Positions 21,002 through 30,836 of a stretch of 60,237 nucleotides of DNA are shown one piece after another (position 1 is the first letter of the stretch; every line of letters begins with the position of its first letter). The translations under genes were made by a program, and so were the position numbers. The DNA comes from Myxococcota bacterium (GTDB taxonomy: Bacteria; Myxococcota; UBA4151): NCBI GenBank assembly GCA_040260805.1, contig JBDQPD010000006.1, forward strand, positions 1 through 60,237, read 5' to 3'. Under the pieces are notes generated by a model. It ran no database searches. It was not told the origin of the DNA and saw only the letters and a program-made list of their open reading frames with translations.

Positions 21002-21328
21002 ATGACTGAGTGTAACCTAAGCGAAAAAAGATGCGTTCCCTGTGAGGGTGGCGTCGACAAATTAACCACCGGTGAGATCGATGCGCTGATGGTAGAGATA
21101 CCCAAATGGAGCTTAGACGGCGAGGTTTTGACCCGTCAGTTTGCTTTTGAAAACTTCGAACAAGCGCTCGCTTTTACTAACCAGGTCGGCGCCGTGAGCG
21201 AAGCCGAATTTCATCACCCAGAAATCACGCTCAACTGGGGCCGGGTCGATCTACGGGTTTGGACGCACGCGATCGACGGGCTGAGCGAAAATGACTTTAT
21301 TCTCGCGGCTAAGTTTGACCGGCTTTAG
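21002..21328 (+). CDS. phhB: Pterin-4a-carbinolamine dehydratase
   Basis: CVPCEGG, FHHPEI, WTHAIDGLSENDFILAAK; SD GGAGG before ATG 21002. Confidence 0.93.
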   Translation: MTECNLSEKRCVPCEGGVDKLTTGEIDALMVEIPKWSLDGEVLTRQFAFENFEQALAFTNQVGAVSEAEFHHPEITLNWGRVDLRVWTHAIDGLSENDFILAAKFDRL

Positions 21329-23149
21329 GTAGACACCCATCGGCTCACGTCGCCACCAGTTGGCGCCCTCGTCGGTGCCAAAATTGTATCGGTAGCGTAA
21401 AATGCGCAACTGAGTCGGCGGCCCTTTAAAGGGCGATTGAGCAAACAAAGCACGAACCGGCTGATGATCGAGCATCAACCCGCGTAGCAAGCCAACCAAC
21501 CAGGTGTTGCGCTCGGCTTGACCGAGCGCTGCAAACCATAGCTGCCAGTCCAGACGTGGCATATGCGGCGCAACTTGGGCTGGCCGCCGATCCAAGCGCC
21601 CCGGCTTGAACGGTAATTCGTACGCTCTCCAAGTTTTTCCGTCGAGAGAGCCCTCAAGGATTAGCTCGGGTCTGTCCATGGTCATCACCGCAAACAAGCC
21701 ATAACTTGAGGTCAATCTCAAAGGCGCTAGCAGCTGACGAACCGGTCGAACCGGCGCCAACGCCAGCGTAGCGCCTCGTTGACGCTCAATCACCTCTGAC
21801 AGACTCAGAAGAACCAAGATCAGCGCTAAAATTCGAGGGGTCCAGCGCCCGCGTTGACCCGGTCTGAATTCGACCGCAGACACTCGCCGAGCCCACAATC
21901 GGTCATCGAGCGCAAGCAAAGCAAGCGCAGCGGTCAGCAGATTAAAATAGCCATAATTGCCGGTCAAAGCGATCGCCGACATGAGGATGATGATGGCAAA
22001 CGCACCGAGATGACGAAGCCGGCGGGGTCCGATCAAAAGACAAGGGGCAAGAAACTCAATCAGCAGCAAACCTGAGCAGCTGATCTGATGAAGCCATGCC
22101 GGCAGGTAATGAGCATAAAATGCGAGCGCGTTGGGCAGGGGCTGCGTCTGGTAATGGACCTCGAGCGCCGAGCAGGTCGCCCACGCTGGATCGCCGCTCG
22201 CCAGCTTGACGTAAGCCGACATAAAGACCAATCGCCACACCAGCCAGAGGATGAGCCAACGGGCTAACGTTTGGACGCCGGTCAGCGGCTGAATCTTTAA
22301 CTTTGAGCCCCACGGCGCCAAGAAGATCGCCAAGAACCCTACCTCACAAAGCAAGCTGTCCCATTGATAATATAAGAAGCTCTGCCCAGCGGTGACCAAC
22401 GACAGATGCACCGCCCAACACAGCACCGCCAACGCTCTGGGATAGCGGCCAAAGATCAGCCCCGCCCCAGCCAAAACGCCAAGCCAAGCAGCGCCCGTCA
22501 GACTGCTCGCCGAAGCCGACAGCCAGCCATGCGTTGGCACCTTCCACAGCGCCCACAAGCCCCAATGCGATTGGGCTCGAGAGAGGTAGTCCTGCAGCGG
22601 CATAATCCCCTGCTCGCCCACCAAACCGGGCAGTTGAACAGCGAGCGAGCCAAAGGCGAAGACGTAGACCAAGCCAAGCAGACGAACAACGACCGTCGCG
22701 CTGACCTGATACGAGGACGGCAAGAGCCGCTGACCGAAGAGCAACGTGGCTGCGCCGGACGCGTGATGACGATGCCTCGCCACCAGCCGGTAGCCGAACT
22801 CGGTCAGCGCAGCAAACCCCGGAAGCCAGCGATAAAGTGCCCAAAACAAACCATAACCTGGCGCCATCGCCAGGACTGAAAATACGGCCGCGGCGCCACC
22901 GCGCAAGGTACCGTGTTCGTCCGTTGACCACACCGAGGCTTCTAGGTCCTCGTCGCTCAACTCATCGAAGCGATGCCCTACGACGCCACCGGCTGCTGCC
23001 GCCAAGCGGTCCTCACCAACGAGGGTTTGAGCATAGGTCGCGCAGCGCCGGCAAAATCCGCATGCTCCGTCGTAAATTAGAAGCGCTCGCCGCTCGGTTT
23101 GGCGATCCCAATCGGTGACTTCAATCAATTCATCATGAGCTCGGCTCAT
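21251..23149 (-). CDS. Lipase maturation factor family protein with N-terminal DCC1-like (DUF393) thiol-disulfide domain
   Basis: YDGACGFC; QWDSLLCE-x-GF, HYQTQPLP, TGNYGYFN, YGLFAVMT, PHMPRLDWQLWFA. Start approximate. Confidence 0.9.
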   Translation of the reverse strand: MSRAHDELIEVTDWDRQTERRALLIYDGACGFCRRCATYAQTLVGEDRLAAAAGGVVGHRFDELSDEDLEASVWSTDEHGTLRGGAAAVFSVLAMAPGYGLFWALYRWLPGFAALTEFGYRLVARHRHHASGAATLLFGQRLLPSSYQVSATVVVRLLGLVYVFAFGSLAVQLPGLVGEQGIMPLQDYLSRAQSHWGLWALWKVPTHGWLSASASSLTGAAWLGVLAGAGLIFGRYPRALAVLCWAVHLSLVTAGQSFLYYQWDSLLCEVGFLAIFLAPWGSKLKIQPLTGVQTLARWLILWLVWRLVFMSAYVKLASGDPAWATCSALEVHYQTQPLPNALAFYAHYLPAWLHQISCSGLLLIEFLAPCLLIGPRRLRHLGAFAIIILMSAIALTGNYGYFNLLTAALALLALDDRLWARRVSAVEFRPGQRGRWTPRILALILVLLSLSEVIERQRGATLALAPVRPVRQLLAPLRLTSSYGLFAVMTMDRPELILEGSLDGKTWRAYELPFKPGRLDRRPAQVAPHMPRLDWQLWFAALGQAERNTWLVGLLRGLMLDHQPVRALFAQSPFKGPPTQLRILRYRYNFGTDEGANWWRREPMGVYLKPVKLSRENKVIFAQPVDRVRPNP

Positions 23150-23230
23150 GCCATTAACCACCCTTTTGAGTCAGTCGCTGAGTGTACCCATCGCTTGTGC
23201 AGACGATCAGACCATAGCGGGATCAGCGAA

Positions 23231-24007
23231 TCAAAAGCGACCTTTGTCCAGTTCGATAGTGACTGGGCAGTGGTCTGAACCCAAGATATCGGCTTCGATA
23301 CTTGCCGACGTGACCATCGGTAACAACTCGTCAGACACCACGTGGTAATCGATCCGCCAGCCGACGTTACGCTCACGAGCGCCGCTGCGAAAACTCCACC
23401 AAGAGTAAGCGTCTACGGTCTCGGGGTGCATGGCTCGGAAGCTGTCGTGATAACCCGCATCAAACCAGCGATCCATCCAAGCGCACTCTTGAGGCAAAAA
23501 TCCGGTCGTGTTCCGGTTCGCTTTGGGGCGAGCCAGATCAACCGCTCGGTGCGCTGTATTCCAATCGCCGCTGACCAAGACCAAGCGATCCTCAGCTCGA
23601 GCCAACTCGGCGGCGTCGAGCATCGCAGCATAATAATCGAGCTTATAAGGCACTCGACCATGGTCACGCTGGCCATTGGGAAAATAGCCATTAAAGACGC
23701 GCAGGCGGCCATGGTCGGTCACCACCGTTCGTCCTTCGCGATCAAAGCGTTCGATCCCAAGCCCAACCTGCTGAGCATCAGCCGGTTCACGCGACCAGGT
23801 CGAGACGCCTGAGTATCCCTTCTTTTCAGCCTGAGCCCACACACAACTGTAGCCATGATCCAGCAGGAGGCTCGCCTCAAGTTGCTCGGGCCAAGCCTTG
23901 GTCTCTTGGAGCATTAGGATATCGGGCTGAACCTGCTCAAGCCATTCAAGAAAGCCCTTTTTTGCTGCGGCGCGAATGCCGTTCACATTCCAACTGACGA
24001 TCTTCAA
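23231..24007 (-). CDS. xth: Exodeoxyribonuclease III
   Basis: SWNVNG, LQETK, GYSGV, YFPNG, GDWNTAH, WRIDY, SDHCP. True start TTG 24007 with SD AAGGAG; the ORF-track extension runs into the tRNA terminator. Confidence 0.95.
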   Translation of the reverse strand: MKIVSWNVNGIRAAAKKGFLEWLEQVQPDILMLQETKAWPEQLEASLLLDHGYSCVWAQAEKKGYSGVSTWSREPADAQQVGLGIERFDREGRTVVTDHGRLRVFNGYFPNGQRDHGRVPYKLDYYAAMLDAAELARAEDRLVLVSGDWNTAHRAVDLARPKANRNTTGFLPQECAWMDRWFDAGYHDSFRAMHPETVDAYSWWSFRSGARERNVGWRIDYHVVSDELLPMVTSASIEADILGSDHCPVTIELDKGRF

Positions 24008-24022
24008 AATCGTACTCCTTAG

Positions 24023-24059
24023 AAAAAAACAACGACCCGCCCTTGCTGGCGGGTCGTTG
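24023..24059 (-). terminator. Rho-independent terminator of the tRNA-His/tRNA-Lys unit
   Basis: Minus strand CAACGACCCGCC-AGCAAG-GGCGGGTCGTTG followed by seven T. Confidence 0.88.
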
Positions 24060-24135
24060 TGGTAGGCGCACAAGGATTCGAACCTTGGACCAGCGGATTA
24101 AGAGTCCGATGCTCTACCAACTGAGCTATGCGCCC
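24060..24135 (-). tRNA. tRNA-Lys (CTT)
   Basis: GGGCGCATAGCTCAGTTGGTAGAGCATCGGACTCTTAATCCG...GGTTCGAATCC...CCA; 76-nt cloverleaf. Confidence 0.96.
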
Positions 24136-24137
24136 TT

Positions 24138-24214
24138 TGGGGTGACTGATGGGGCTTGAACCCACGACCGCCAGGATCACAACCCGGAGCTCTACCAACT
24201 GAGCTACAGCCACC
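24138..24214 (-). tRNA. tRNA-His (GTG)
   Basis: Encoded G-1, anticodon loop TTGTGAT, C73 discriminator, CCA end; 77 nt. Confidence 0.96.
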
Positions 24215-24287
24215 ACATATTCAGCGCGGGCTCTCTTTTTCGGAAAACGGATGGTCTGACAAGGCCATTTTCGGGCACACTAGACTC

Positions 24288-25121
24288 ATGACGATTTCCT
24301 CGCGACTCCAACATGCCCTGAGCAAGCTGATCGTAGCCGGCGTATTGATGACCGGTTCGATGGGCTGTTCGCCCCCCGTCGAAGCGCCCACTCAGTTCGA
24401 TGAGTTGTGCTCATTCATCTTCAAACATGCGGACGATGAAGAGTCGGATGCGCTAGCCGATGGGGTGGTTAATCTTCAAAACTGGCTCGCCACACGACGC
24501 GCCGAGGTTGAAGAAGGTTATATGGTCGACAACCTGTCGGCCGAAGTGGTCAAGACGCTCGACGGTAAAGATCATGACCTGACCGACTTGTTGGGTGTTG
24601 CCTTCGCGACCACCTTTGACGCCACGATGGATCAAAGCATGGACGTCAGCCTCAATGATGACCCGGCAACCCACGAGCCTGACCTGTGGAAATCGTACAG
24701 CCGACAAAACGAAGTCAATGTAGCGTGTTTTTTAGAGAAAACCTGCGACACGCTGGATTACGACGTCGTCGCTGAGCAATACTATCCACTCGGCTTAGAG
24801 TCGACCGTTCGCTACCACACTCGTGTCCGCCGGGTCATGACCGACTCTGGCGAGGCGGTGATCTGGCGAAGCTGGCTCAATGGACCCAACCAGTTCAACT
24901 GGGACTGGATCAAAGTGGACCTGAACTTCTACCTCGGCGTCACGGTCGAGCGGGAAGACGGCACCCTAGAGCGGACTGAGGCGAGCTGGATGCTGGCCAA
25001 TATGGGGGACTCACCAGTGCCACCAGACGTTGCGCTTTCGCTAGCGCTCGACACGGTCAAAGAAGGTGCCGAGCAGCACCGGGAGCGCATGATCGAGAAA
25101 TTCGGAGCGTCGACGCCCTAA
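24288..25121 (+). CDS. Uncharacterised lipoprotein (paralog of 31473-32276)
   Basis: Signal peptide ending SMGC; aligns along its length with 31473-32276. The ORF-track 5' extension is antisense to tRNA-His. Confidence 0.8.
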   Translation: MTISSRLQHALSKLIVAGVLMTGSMGCSPPVEAPTQFDELCSFIFKHADDEESDALADGVVNLQNWLATRRAEVEEGYMVDNLSAEVVKTLDGKDHDLTDLLGVAFATTFDATMDQSMDVSLNDDPATHEPDLWKSYSRQNEVNVACFLEKTCDTLDYDVVAEQYYPLGLESTVRYHTRVRRVMTDSGEAVIWRSWLNGPNQFNWDWIKVDLNFYLGVTVEREDGTLERTEASWMLANMGDSPVPPDVALSLALDTVKEGAEQHRERMIEKFGASTP

Positions 25122-25990
25122 AGTTTGCGGCGCCAAAGCAAAGCGCTGATTCGATCACCTCGCTGGACAAACGCAATCTGGTCGCGTCGAGCGTCGAGCA
25201 GCGCGGCTCGATGCGATGGGCTCAGCATCCACCCCCGACAGATCGCCGATAAACTGCTGTCTTGAGCGACGACCTCTGCGGCGTGACGCAGGCGCAGACC
25301 TTGGTTTCGAAGCAAGCGCCCCAAGCCAAGCGGGCTGTGCCCAAACTGGCGATCGAGCTCCTGGCCGCGCGCATGAGCGTACGCTTTCGGTGCCATCGCA
25401 AAGCGCAGCGGCGAGTTACCCTGCTCGATCCGCAGCGTATTGATGGCGCCCAACAGATCGTCCAGATTGGCTTCGCTACCACACGGGTCCGTCAACGAGT
25501 CGTTGGGCTGAAAGCGCAGATACAACCCGGTCTCAGGTCCTAAAGGCCCTCGAACCGTAACCCCTAGAGCGACCGAGTCGTCTTTCGAGGGCAGATCAAA
25601 AATCCCTGCGGTGTCCGGTTTGAGCTGCCGAACTCGACCATCGTGCCCAACCCAATGAGCGTAGAGTACGGTGAAGCCCGGCAGCGCTTGGACGCGCAGA
25701 TGAACCGGGCTTTGATCGATCAGCCGTGCGCTCAAACGTGCGCAGAATAAATCCTCAGAATTCGGAATCGGCGCGCAATGACTCAAACCTTCGGCTTTCG
25801 CCTGCAGATGGCCACTGACCCGGCCAAGTGCGAAGGGGTGAAAGCCATGCAGAGCGAGTTGGTGGCGTGCAGCAAAGGCACCGAAGGTCGCCTGAGCACG
25901 CGCAGCATCAGCTAAAGCCGAATCGGTATCTAGCGTCGCGGAGTGAGCCGCGAGAAGGATCGTGATAAACTGCGCTTGCAACATAACCAC
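25118..25990 (-). CDS. Secreted CAP (SCP-like) domain protein
   Basis: Signal peptide; INTLR, GWMLSPSHRAALL. Confidence 0.75.
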   Translation of the reverse strand: MVMLQAQFITILLAAHSATLDTDSALADAARAQATFGAFAARHQLALHGFHPFALGRVSGHLQAKAEGLSHCAPIPNSEDLFCARLSARLIDQSPVHLRVQALPGFTVLYAHWVGHDGRVRQLKPDTAGIFDLPSKDDSVALGVTVRGPLGPETGLYLRFQPNDSLTDPCGSEANLDDLLGAINTLRIEQGNSPLRFAMAPKAYAHARGQELDRQFGHSPLGLGRLLRNQGLRLRHAAEVVAQDSSLSAICRGWMLSPSHRAALLDARRDQIAFVQRGDRISALLWRRKL

Positions 25991-26039
25991 AGTTCAAGGC
26001 ACCGGGGCCGCAAGCGCAAAAAACATGCGAGGTTTAATC

Positions 26040-27146
26040 ATGGAAATCGGTATCCCCAAAGAGATCAAAGTCCGTGAATATCGTGTCGGACAAAGCCCAG
26101 CAGGCGTGGCTTCGCTGGTCGGAGCTGGACACGACGTCAAAGTCGAAGCCGGTGCTGGCGTCGGCGCCGGATTTGAAGATCAGGCCTATATTGCGGCAGG
26201 TGCACGGATTGTTGCTACCGCCGATGAAGCCTGGAATTCAGAGATGGTGATCAAGGTGAAAGAGCCGATCTCGGCGGAGTGGCACCGGATGCAACCGGGT
26301 CAACTCTTGTTCACCTACCTTCACCTGGCCGCGGACACCCCGCTGACGCATGAGCTCATGAAAAAGGGCATTCAGTCGGTCGCTTACGAGACCGTAGAGC
26401 TCACCGACCGCAGCCTGCCTTTGCTTCGTCCCATGTCCGAAGTCGCTGGGCGACTGAGCGCCCAAGCGGCGGCTCGCTGCCTTGAAAAAGAGCGCGGCGG
26501 GAAAGGTCTCTTGATGGGCGGCGTCCCCGGAACCAATCAGGCGAATGTAGTGGTCATCGGCGGTGGTATCGTCGGCTTGGCTGCGGCACGTATCTGCTTG
26601 GGCATGGGCGCGCGCGTGACCATCCTTGAGCGCAGCTTGGATCGAATGATCTACTTGGATGATGTCTTTCGCGGACAGATCCAAACGCTGTACTCGAGCC
26701 CCATGGTCATCGATCAACAAATTGCTCAATCCGACGTCGTCATCGGCGCCGTCTTAGTGCCTGGAGCCAAAGCGCCGCACCTGGTCAGCAAGGACCAAGT
26801 CATCAACCGGATGACCGAAGGCAGCGTGATCGTCGATGTGGCTGTGGACCAAGGCGGCTGCATCGCCACCTGCCGGCCTACGACCCACGACGACCCGACC
26901 TTCATCGTCGGCGATGTCGTGCATTATTGCGTGGCGAACATGCCCGGCGCCGTGCCGCGAACCTCAACCGTTGCCTTGACCAACACCACTCTTGCGTACG
27001 CGCTTGCGTTAGCGGGCAAGGGCTTGGAGCAGGCGGCTCGCGACGACCTTGCGCTCGCGAAGGGTATCAACATCTACAACGGTGACTGCGTCTACCAGCC
27101 GGTGTCGGTTGCTTGCGACGTCCCCTTCGTTCCGCTCTCGATCTAA
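26040..27146 (+). CDS. ald: Alanine dehydrogenase
   Basis: IGIPKEIK-x-x-EYRV, KVKEP, FTYLHLA, PMSEVAG, GGGIVG, DVAVDQGG, YCVANMPGAV. Confidence 0.96.
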   Translation: MEIGIPKEIKVREYRVGQSPAGVASLVGAGHDVKVEAGAGVGAGFEDQAYIAAGARIVATADEAWNSEMVIKVKEPISAEWHRMQPGQLLFTYLHLAADTPLTHELMKKGIQSVAYETVELTDRSLPLLRPMSEVAGRLSAQAAARCLEKERGGKGLLMGGVPGTNQANVVVIGGGIVGLAAARICLGMGARVTILERSLDRMIYLDDVFRGQIQTLYSSPMVIDQQIAQSDVVIGAVLVPGAKAPHLVSKDQVINRMTEGSVIVDVAVDQGGCIATCRPTTHDDPTFIVGDVVHYCVANMPGAVPRTSTVALTNTTLAYALALAGKGLEQAARDDLALAKGINIYNGDCVYQPVSVACDVPFVPLSI

Positions 27147-27148
27147 AC

Positions 27149-27664
27149 GTGACCTCCGGACCCTCGATCGACCCTCTACGCATCGCGCTGCTGACCCTGT
27201 CAGACAGTCGCGATGAAGCAAGCGATCGATCTGGCGCGCTGCTGGCGAGCGAGCTCATTCAAGCGGGTCACCAGATCGTCGATAAGGTGATCTGCGGCGA
27301 CGACCGATGGGCCGTACGTGCTCAGGTGTGTCGCTGGATCGCCGAACAAGTCGACGTCGTGATTACCACCGGAAGCACCGGCATAACGGGTCGTGACATC
27401 GCGCCGGAATCTGTCGAGGTTTTGTTCGACAAAGCCCTGCCCGGTTTCGGCGAATTGTTTCGTCAACTTAGTTATGCCGACATCGGCGCAAGCACGATTC
27501 AAAGCCGCGCCACGGCGGGTCTTTGCGGACAGACTTTGGTCTTTGTTTTGCCCGGCTCAACCGGCGCCTGTCGCCTCGCGCTTGAGGCGATCTTGCTGCC
27601 CCAACTCGACAGCCGCACACGGCCTTGCAACTTTGCCATGTTGCGCGACCGGTTCGCCGAGTGA
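27149..27664 (+). CDS. moaB: Molybdenum cofactor biosynthesis protein B
   Basis: TLSDSR, DRSG, TTGSTG-x-TGRD, PGFGELFR, QSRA, LPGS, RPCNF. Confidence 0.92.
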   Translation: MTSGPSIDPLRIALLTLSDSRDEASDRSGALLASELIQAGHQIVDKVICGDDRWAVRAQVCRWIAEQVDVVITTGSTGITGRDIAPESVEVLFDKALPGFGELFRQLSYADIGASTIQSRATAGLCGQTLVFVLPGSTGACRLALEAILLPQLDSRTRPCNFAMLRDRFAE

Positions 27665-28743
27665 ACTCAGCGCAGCCCGTCGTCATCATTGGCGCAGGCT
27701 TAGCCGGCGTAGCGTGCGCGCATGAGCTGATTCAACACCACAACGCGCCGCTCATCCTGGTTGAGCAAACCAACCAGCCCGGTGGGCACGGCAGCGCGCA
27801 AAATGCAGCGCTGGTTCGAAGCCATGCGTCGAATCCCTATACCGCAGCGCTCGCTCGCCAAGGCGCACGTTGGTGGGCTCAGCAAAACCTAGCGAGCTTT
27901 GACCCCTGCGGGTCCATTCTCGTGGGCGGACGCTCGGGCGAGCTGGTCGCTGGGTTTCGCCCACGGGACCACCGCTGGCTCAAACCCCAAGAGGTGCTCG
28001 AACACATAGGTCACCCCCTACCTTTCGGTCAGCGAGCATTCTTTAACGGGCTCGATGGCATCGCAGCGCCCGATGAGTTGCTCGAAGCCCTGCTCACTAA
28101 TAGCCAAAAAATAGGCATGGAACTGCGCCTAAACTGCCGCGCACATCTCGTGGGTGAGACGCTCTATTTGAACGATGAAGAGCAACCCTACCAAGCGCTA
28201 GTTATCGCAGCCGGAGCTTGGTCTCGAGATCTGCTCGAGCTCCCGGTCCAGTCTTTTGCTCGCCACCTGTTTGTCAGCCAAACCGAGCAACCCACGGGTA
28301 GCCCATGGGTTTGGGATCTCGATGAAGAATTGTATTGGCGTCGCCAAGGCTCCGAGACCTTGCTCAGCGCTTGCGACGAACGCGTGGTGCATCATCCGAA
28401 CCCAAGCCAGTGGCCTTCGGTGGCAACCGATGAAGAAGCGAACCTTAACGAGAAACTGGCGAGAAGCTGGCCGAGCCTGCTGCCGCTTAGACTGCGCTCG
28501 TCATGGAGCGGCCTGCGCGTCCTGACTCCAGACGATGGGCTGGTGTTGGGGGCGGACCCCCGTTATCCAAAGGTCCTTTGGTGTGCAGGGCTCGGCGGAC
28601 ACGGCGTGACCTGCAGTGTGCCTGCGGCTCGTCTTGCCGTTCAGTCGCTGACTAGGCGTACGCTAAGTGATGAGGACCAGGTCTTGATCCAGGCTCATAG
28701 CCCCAATCGTTTTGCGACCTTGAGCGAGACTTGGCATAGCTAA
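27661..28743 (+). CDS. FAD-dependent oxidoreductase (DAO/glycine oxidase-like)
   Basis: IIGAGLAG, AAGAWS, WSGLR-x-x-TPD, GLGGHG. Confidence 0.85.
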   Translation: MNSAQPVVIIGAGLAGVACAHELIQHHNAPLILVEQTNQPGGHGSAQNAALVRSHASNPYTAALARQGARWWAQQNLASFDPCGSILVGGRSGELVAGFRPRDHRWLKPQEVLEHIGHPLPFGQRAFFNGLDGIAAPDELLEALLTNSQKIGMELRLNCRAHLVGETLYLNDEEQPYQALVIAAGAWSRDLLELPVQSFARHLFVSQTEQPTGSPWVWDLDEELYWRRQGSETLLSACDERVVHHPNPSQWPSVATDEEANLNEKLARSWPSLLPLRLRSSWSGLRVLTPDDGLVLGADPRYPKVLWCAGLGGHGVTCSVPAARLAVQSLTRRTLSDEDQVLIQAHSPNRFATLSETWHS

Positions 28744-28746
28744 GCT

Positions 28747-30789
28747 ATGAAGAAACGCTCGCTGTGGTTGGTCATGCTCTGGACAGGCTGTGATGCCTCA
28801 GAGCCTATTGAGCCTCCTATCGACCCTGTCATCGCCCTGCATCAAGCGGGTGAGTCGCGCTCCGAGAGTGAGCGACTCGAGCACCTTAGGATCGCTTTAT
28901 CGGCGATCCCAAGCGGCGATCCGATGCGTTTTGAGGTGCTCGATCTGATCGAGGTTGCGGAGCATCTGGCTTTAGGTCGAAGCCAGTTTTGGGTTCCTGG
29001 AGAGCAAGAACGTGCCGGTGAAGGGGGTTATCTGTGCGCCTTCTTCACCGATCGCGTCTGGCCGGCGTCCTACGGCGACATCTATCCGGCTGAGCCGCGA
29101 CTCGATAGCCCAACGAGAGCTTTGTGGTCCCTGTTTCGTGGCCGGCTGATGATTTGGCAAGGGCTAGAACACGGCATCGCAGTCGATGAATTATTCGCCG
29201 AAGGGCGCACGCTAATCGAAGCCTTTGCGCAAGCTCACCCCAACCATCCTGACGCCCTTTTGTACCTTGGCCAAGGAATTCCTTGGGTCCTTGATCTCCC
29301 CTCCGATGCGCAGGCGCCCGAGTGGGCACTGCTGCAGCGCGAAGCCTTGGTTCGACTCGACGAAATTCTCCGATTTTGGGTCGAGGAACGTCAAGCACCT
29401 GATGGCCAATTTGGCGGCGGATGGGGCGACGATGTGGAGCTGTGGAGACGGTGGACTCCGCTTTTGCTTGGCTTCAAACACAAGCGTCTTCAAGACGCTC
29501 AAGCGCTGCTGACCCAAGGTATCTTTGCCCTCGAGCGGCTGGCGAATGGCTACACCGAGGTCATGAGCGACGTCGAACACAGCGCTGAGGACACCGGCGA
29601 CACGCTCACCCTGGCGCTCCTGATCGACCCTCAAAGCGCGTTCGCTCGTCCCAAAGCGGCGCGTCTTGGTGTGCTCGCACGCGCCTTGTGGATGGCGCCC
29701 AACGTGCAAAACCAGCTTCAGTTTCGGTCGAGTTATTTCACGGCGACTCGAGTAGACGACAGCTCGAACCGTGCTTGCGATACGGCGTATCATGTTCGCG
29801 CACTCCAGCCCTTGGTCCATCTTTGGCGTCAAGGCGACGTGGCGGCCGGTAACCTGCTGAGCGAATGGCTTGAGACCTGGCGCTCGGTCAGCCTGAACGC
29901 AAGCAACGGAAAGCCTGCGGGGATCATCCCAAGCTCGATACGCTATCCAAGCGGTGAAGCCGGTGGCAGCGGCAGCGATTGGTGGAACCCAGGCTGTCAC
30001 ATCACCACCAAAACCTTCGCCTGGCCTCGCGCCGTGTCAATGATCGCTCAAACGATGGTCGTGGCGGCGCAAGAGACCGGCGACCTGCGCTTCTTGGAGC
30101 CGCTGACCGCCATGGTTGAATTTTGGCGTCAGCGACAACATCTAGCGGATCGAAATGCGGCGAAAGGCAGCGAAGCCAGACTCACTGCACGCATCCCTGG
30201 TCTCGTCTCGGCTGCCTTATCGCATTGGCGCGCCGCTACAGATGATTCGCAATTTGATGACCTGCTGGATCATTCAGAGTCGACCTATGCGCGCTCAAAT
30301 CGTCTCGGCGAAGACGCAGCCGTTCTCCAAGGACTTCGTGACGCTGTCGCTGCATTGAGCGTCGATTACGCAGCGCAAACTCGTGAGGTTTTGTTCACCG
30401 ACCGGTTCCTGAAATTTCATCGCAACTATGCCGACCAGTTTCGAGACCAAGCGCTCGCTCGCTTAGACCTCGACTTACTCTACGGTATGCTCACCGGCGC
30501 AGTCACCGGACCGACGCTGCTCGGTAATGGGCCGATGCGCTGGAACCTTCCCGTCGATGACCTCGCGGTTTGGGTGCGGCGCAGCCCGCAAGGCGGCCTT
30601 CGCATCGAGTTGTATGCTTTCGCTGGCGAGGCGACGCGCAGCGTCGAAGCTTCGATCATGGATCCTGCACTTCGCGACCGCAACTGGAGCGTAGAATGTG
30701 CGGGCCAAACCCTAGCGACGGGACGAGGCGCTCCATCTTTTGACCTTCCACGCACTCAAGTCTGTGAGCTGCAATTCAGCGCGCCTTGA
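28747..30789 (+). CDS. Uncharacterised 680-aa lipoprotein
   Basis: Lipobox LWTGC; long ORF in operon orientation; acidic/aromatic motifs GQFGGGWGDDVE, DVEHSAED. Confidence 0.75.
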   Translation: MKKRSLWLVMLWTGCDASEPIEPPIDPVIALHQAGESRSESERLEHLRIALSAIPSGDPMRFEVLDLIEVAEHLALGRSQFWVPGEQERAGEGGYLCAFFTDRVWPASYGDIYPAEPRLDSPTRALWSLFRGRLMIWQGLEHGIAVDELFAEGRTLIEAFAQAHPNHPDALLYLGQGIPWVLDLPSDAQAPEWALLQREALVRLDEILRFWVEERQAPDGQFGGGWGDDVELWRRWTPLLLGFKHKRLQDAQALLTQGIFALERLANGYTEVMSDVEHSAEDTGDTLTLALLIDPQSAFARPKAARLGVLARALWMAPNVQNQLQFRSSYFTATRVDDSSNRACDTAYHVRALQPLVHLWRQGDVAAGNLLSEWLETWRSVSLNASNGKPAGIIPSSIRYPSGEAGGSGSDWWNPGCHITTKTFAWPRAVSMIAQTMVVAAQETGDLRFLEPLTAMVEFWRQRQHLADRNAAKGSEARLTARIPGLVSAALSHWRAATDDSQFDDLLDHSESTYARSNRLGEDAAVLQGLRDAVAALSVDYAAQTREVLFTDRFLKFHRNYADQFRDQALARLDLDLLYGMLTGAVTGPTLLGNGPMRWNLPVDDLAVWVRRSPQGGLRIELYAFAGEATRSVEASIMDPALRDRNWSVECAGQTLATGRGAPSFDLPRTQVCELQFSAP

Positions 30790-30836
30790 CCTGCTTGGCC
30801 GATGTCCTCCAAGGCTTCTGCACCAAGGAGTAACCC

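Noticed and set aside
24019..24287. ORF 24019-24216 and the 5' extensions of xth and the 24156 ORF
   Set aside because: They are translations of the tRNA-His/tRNA-Lys genes and their terminator.
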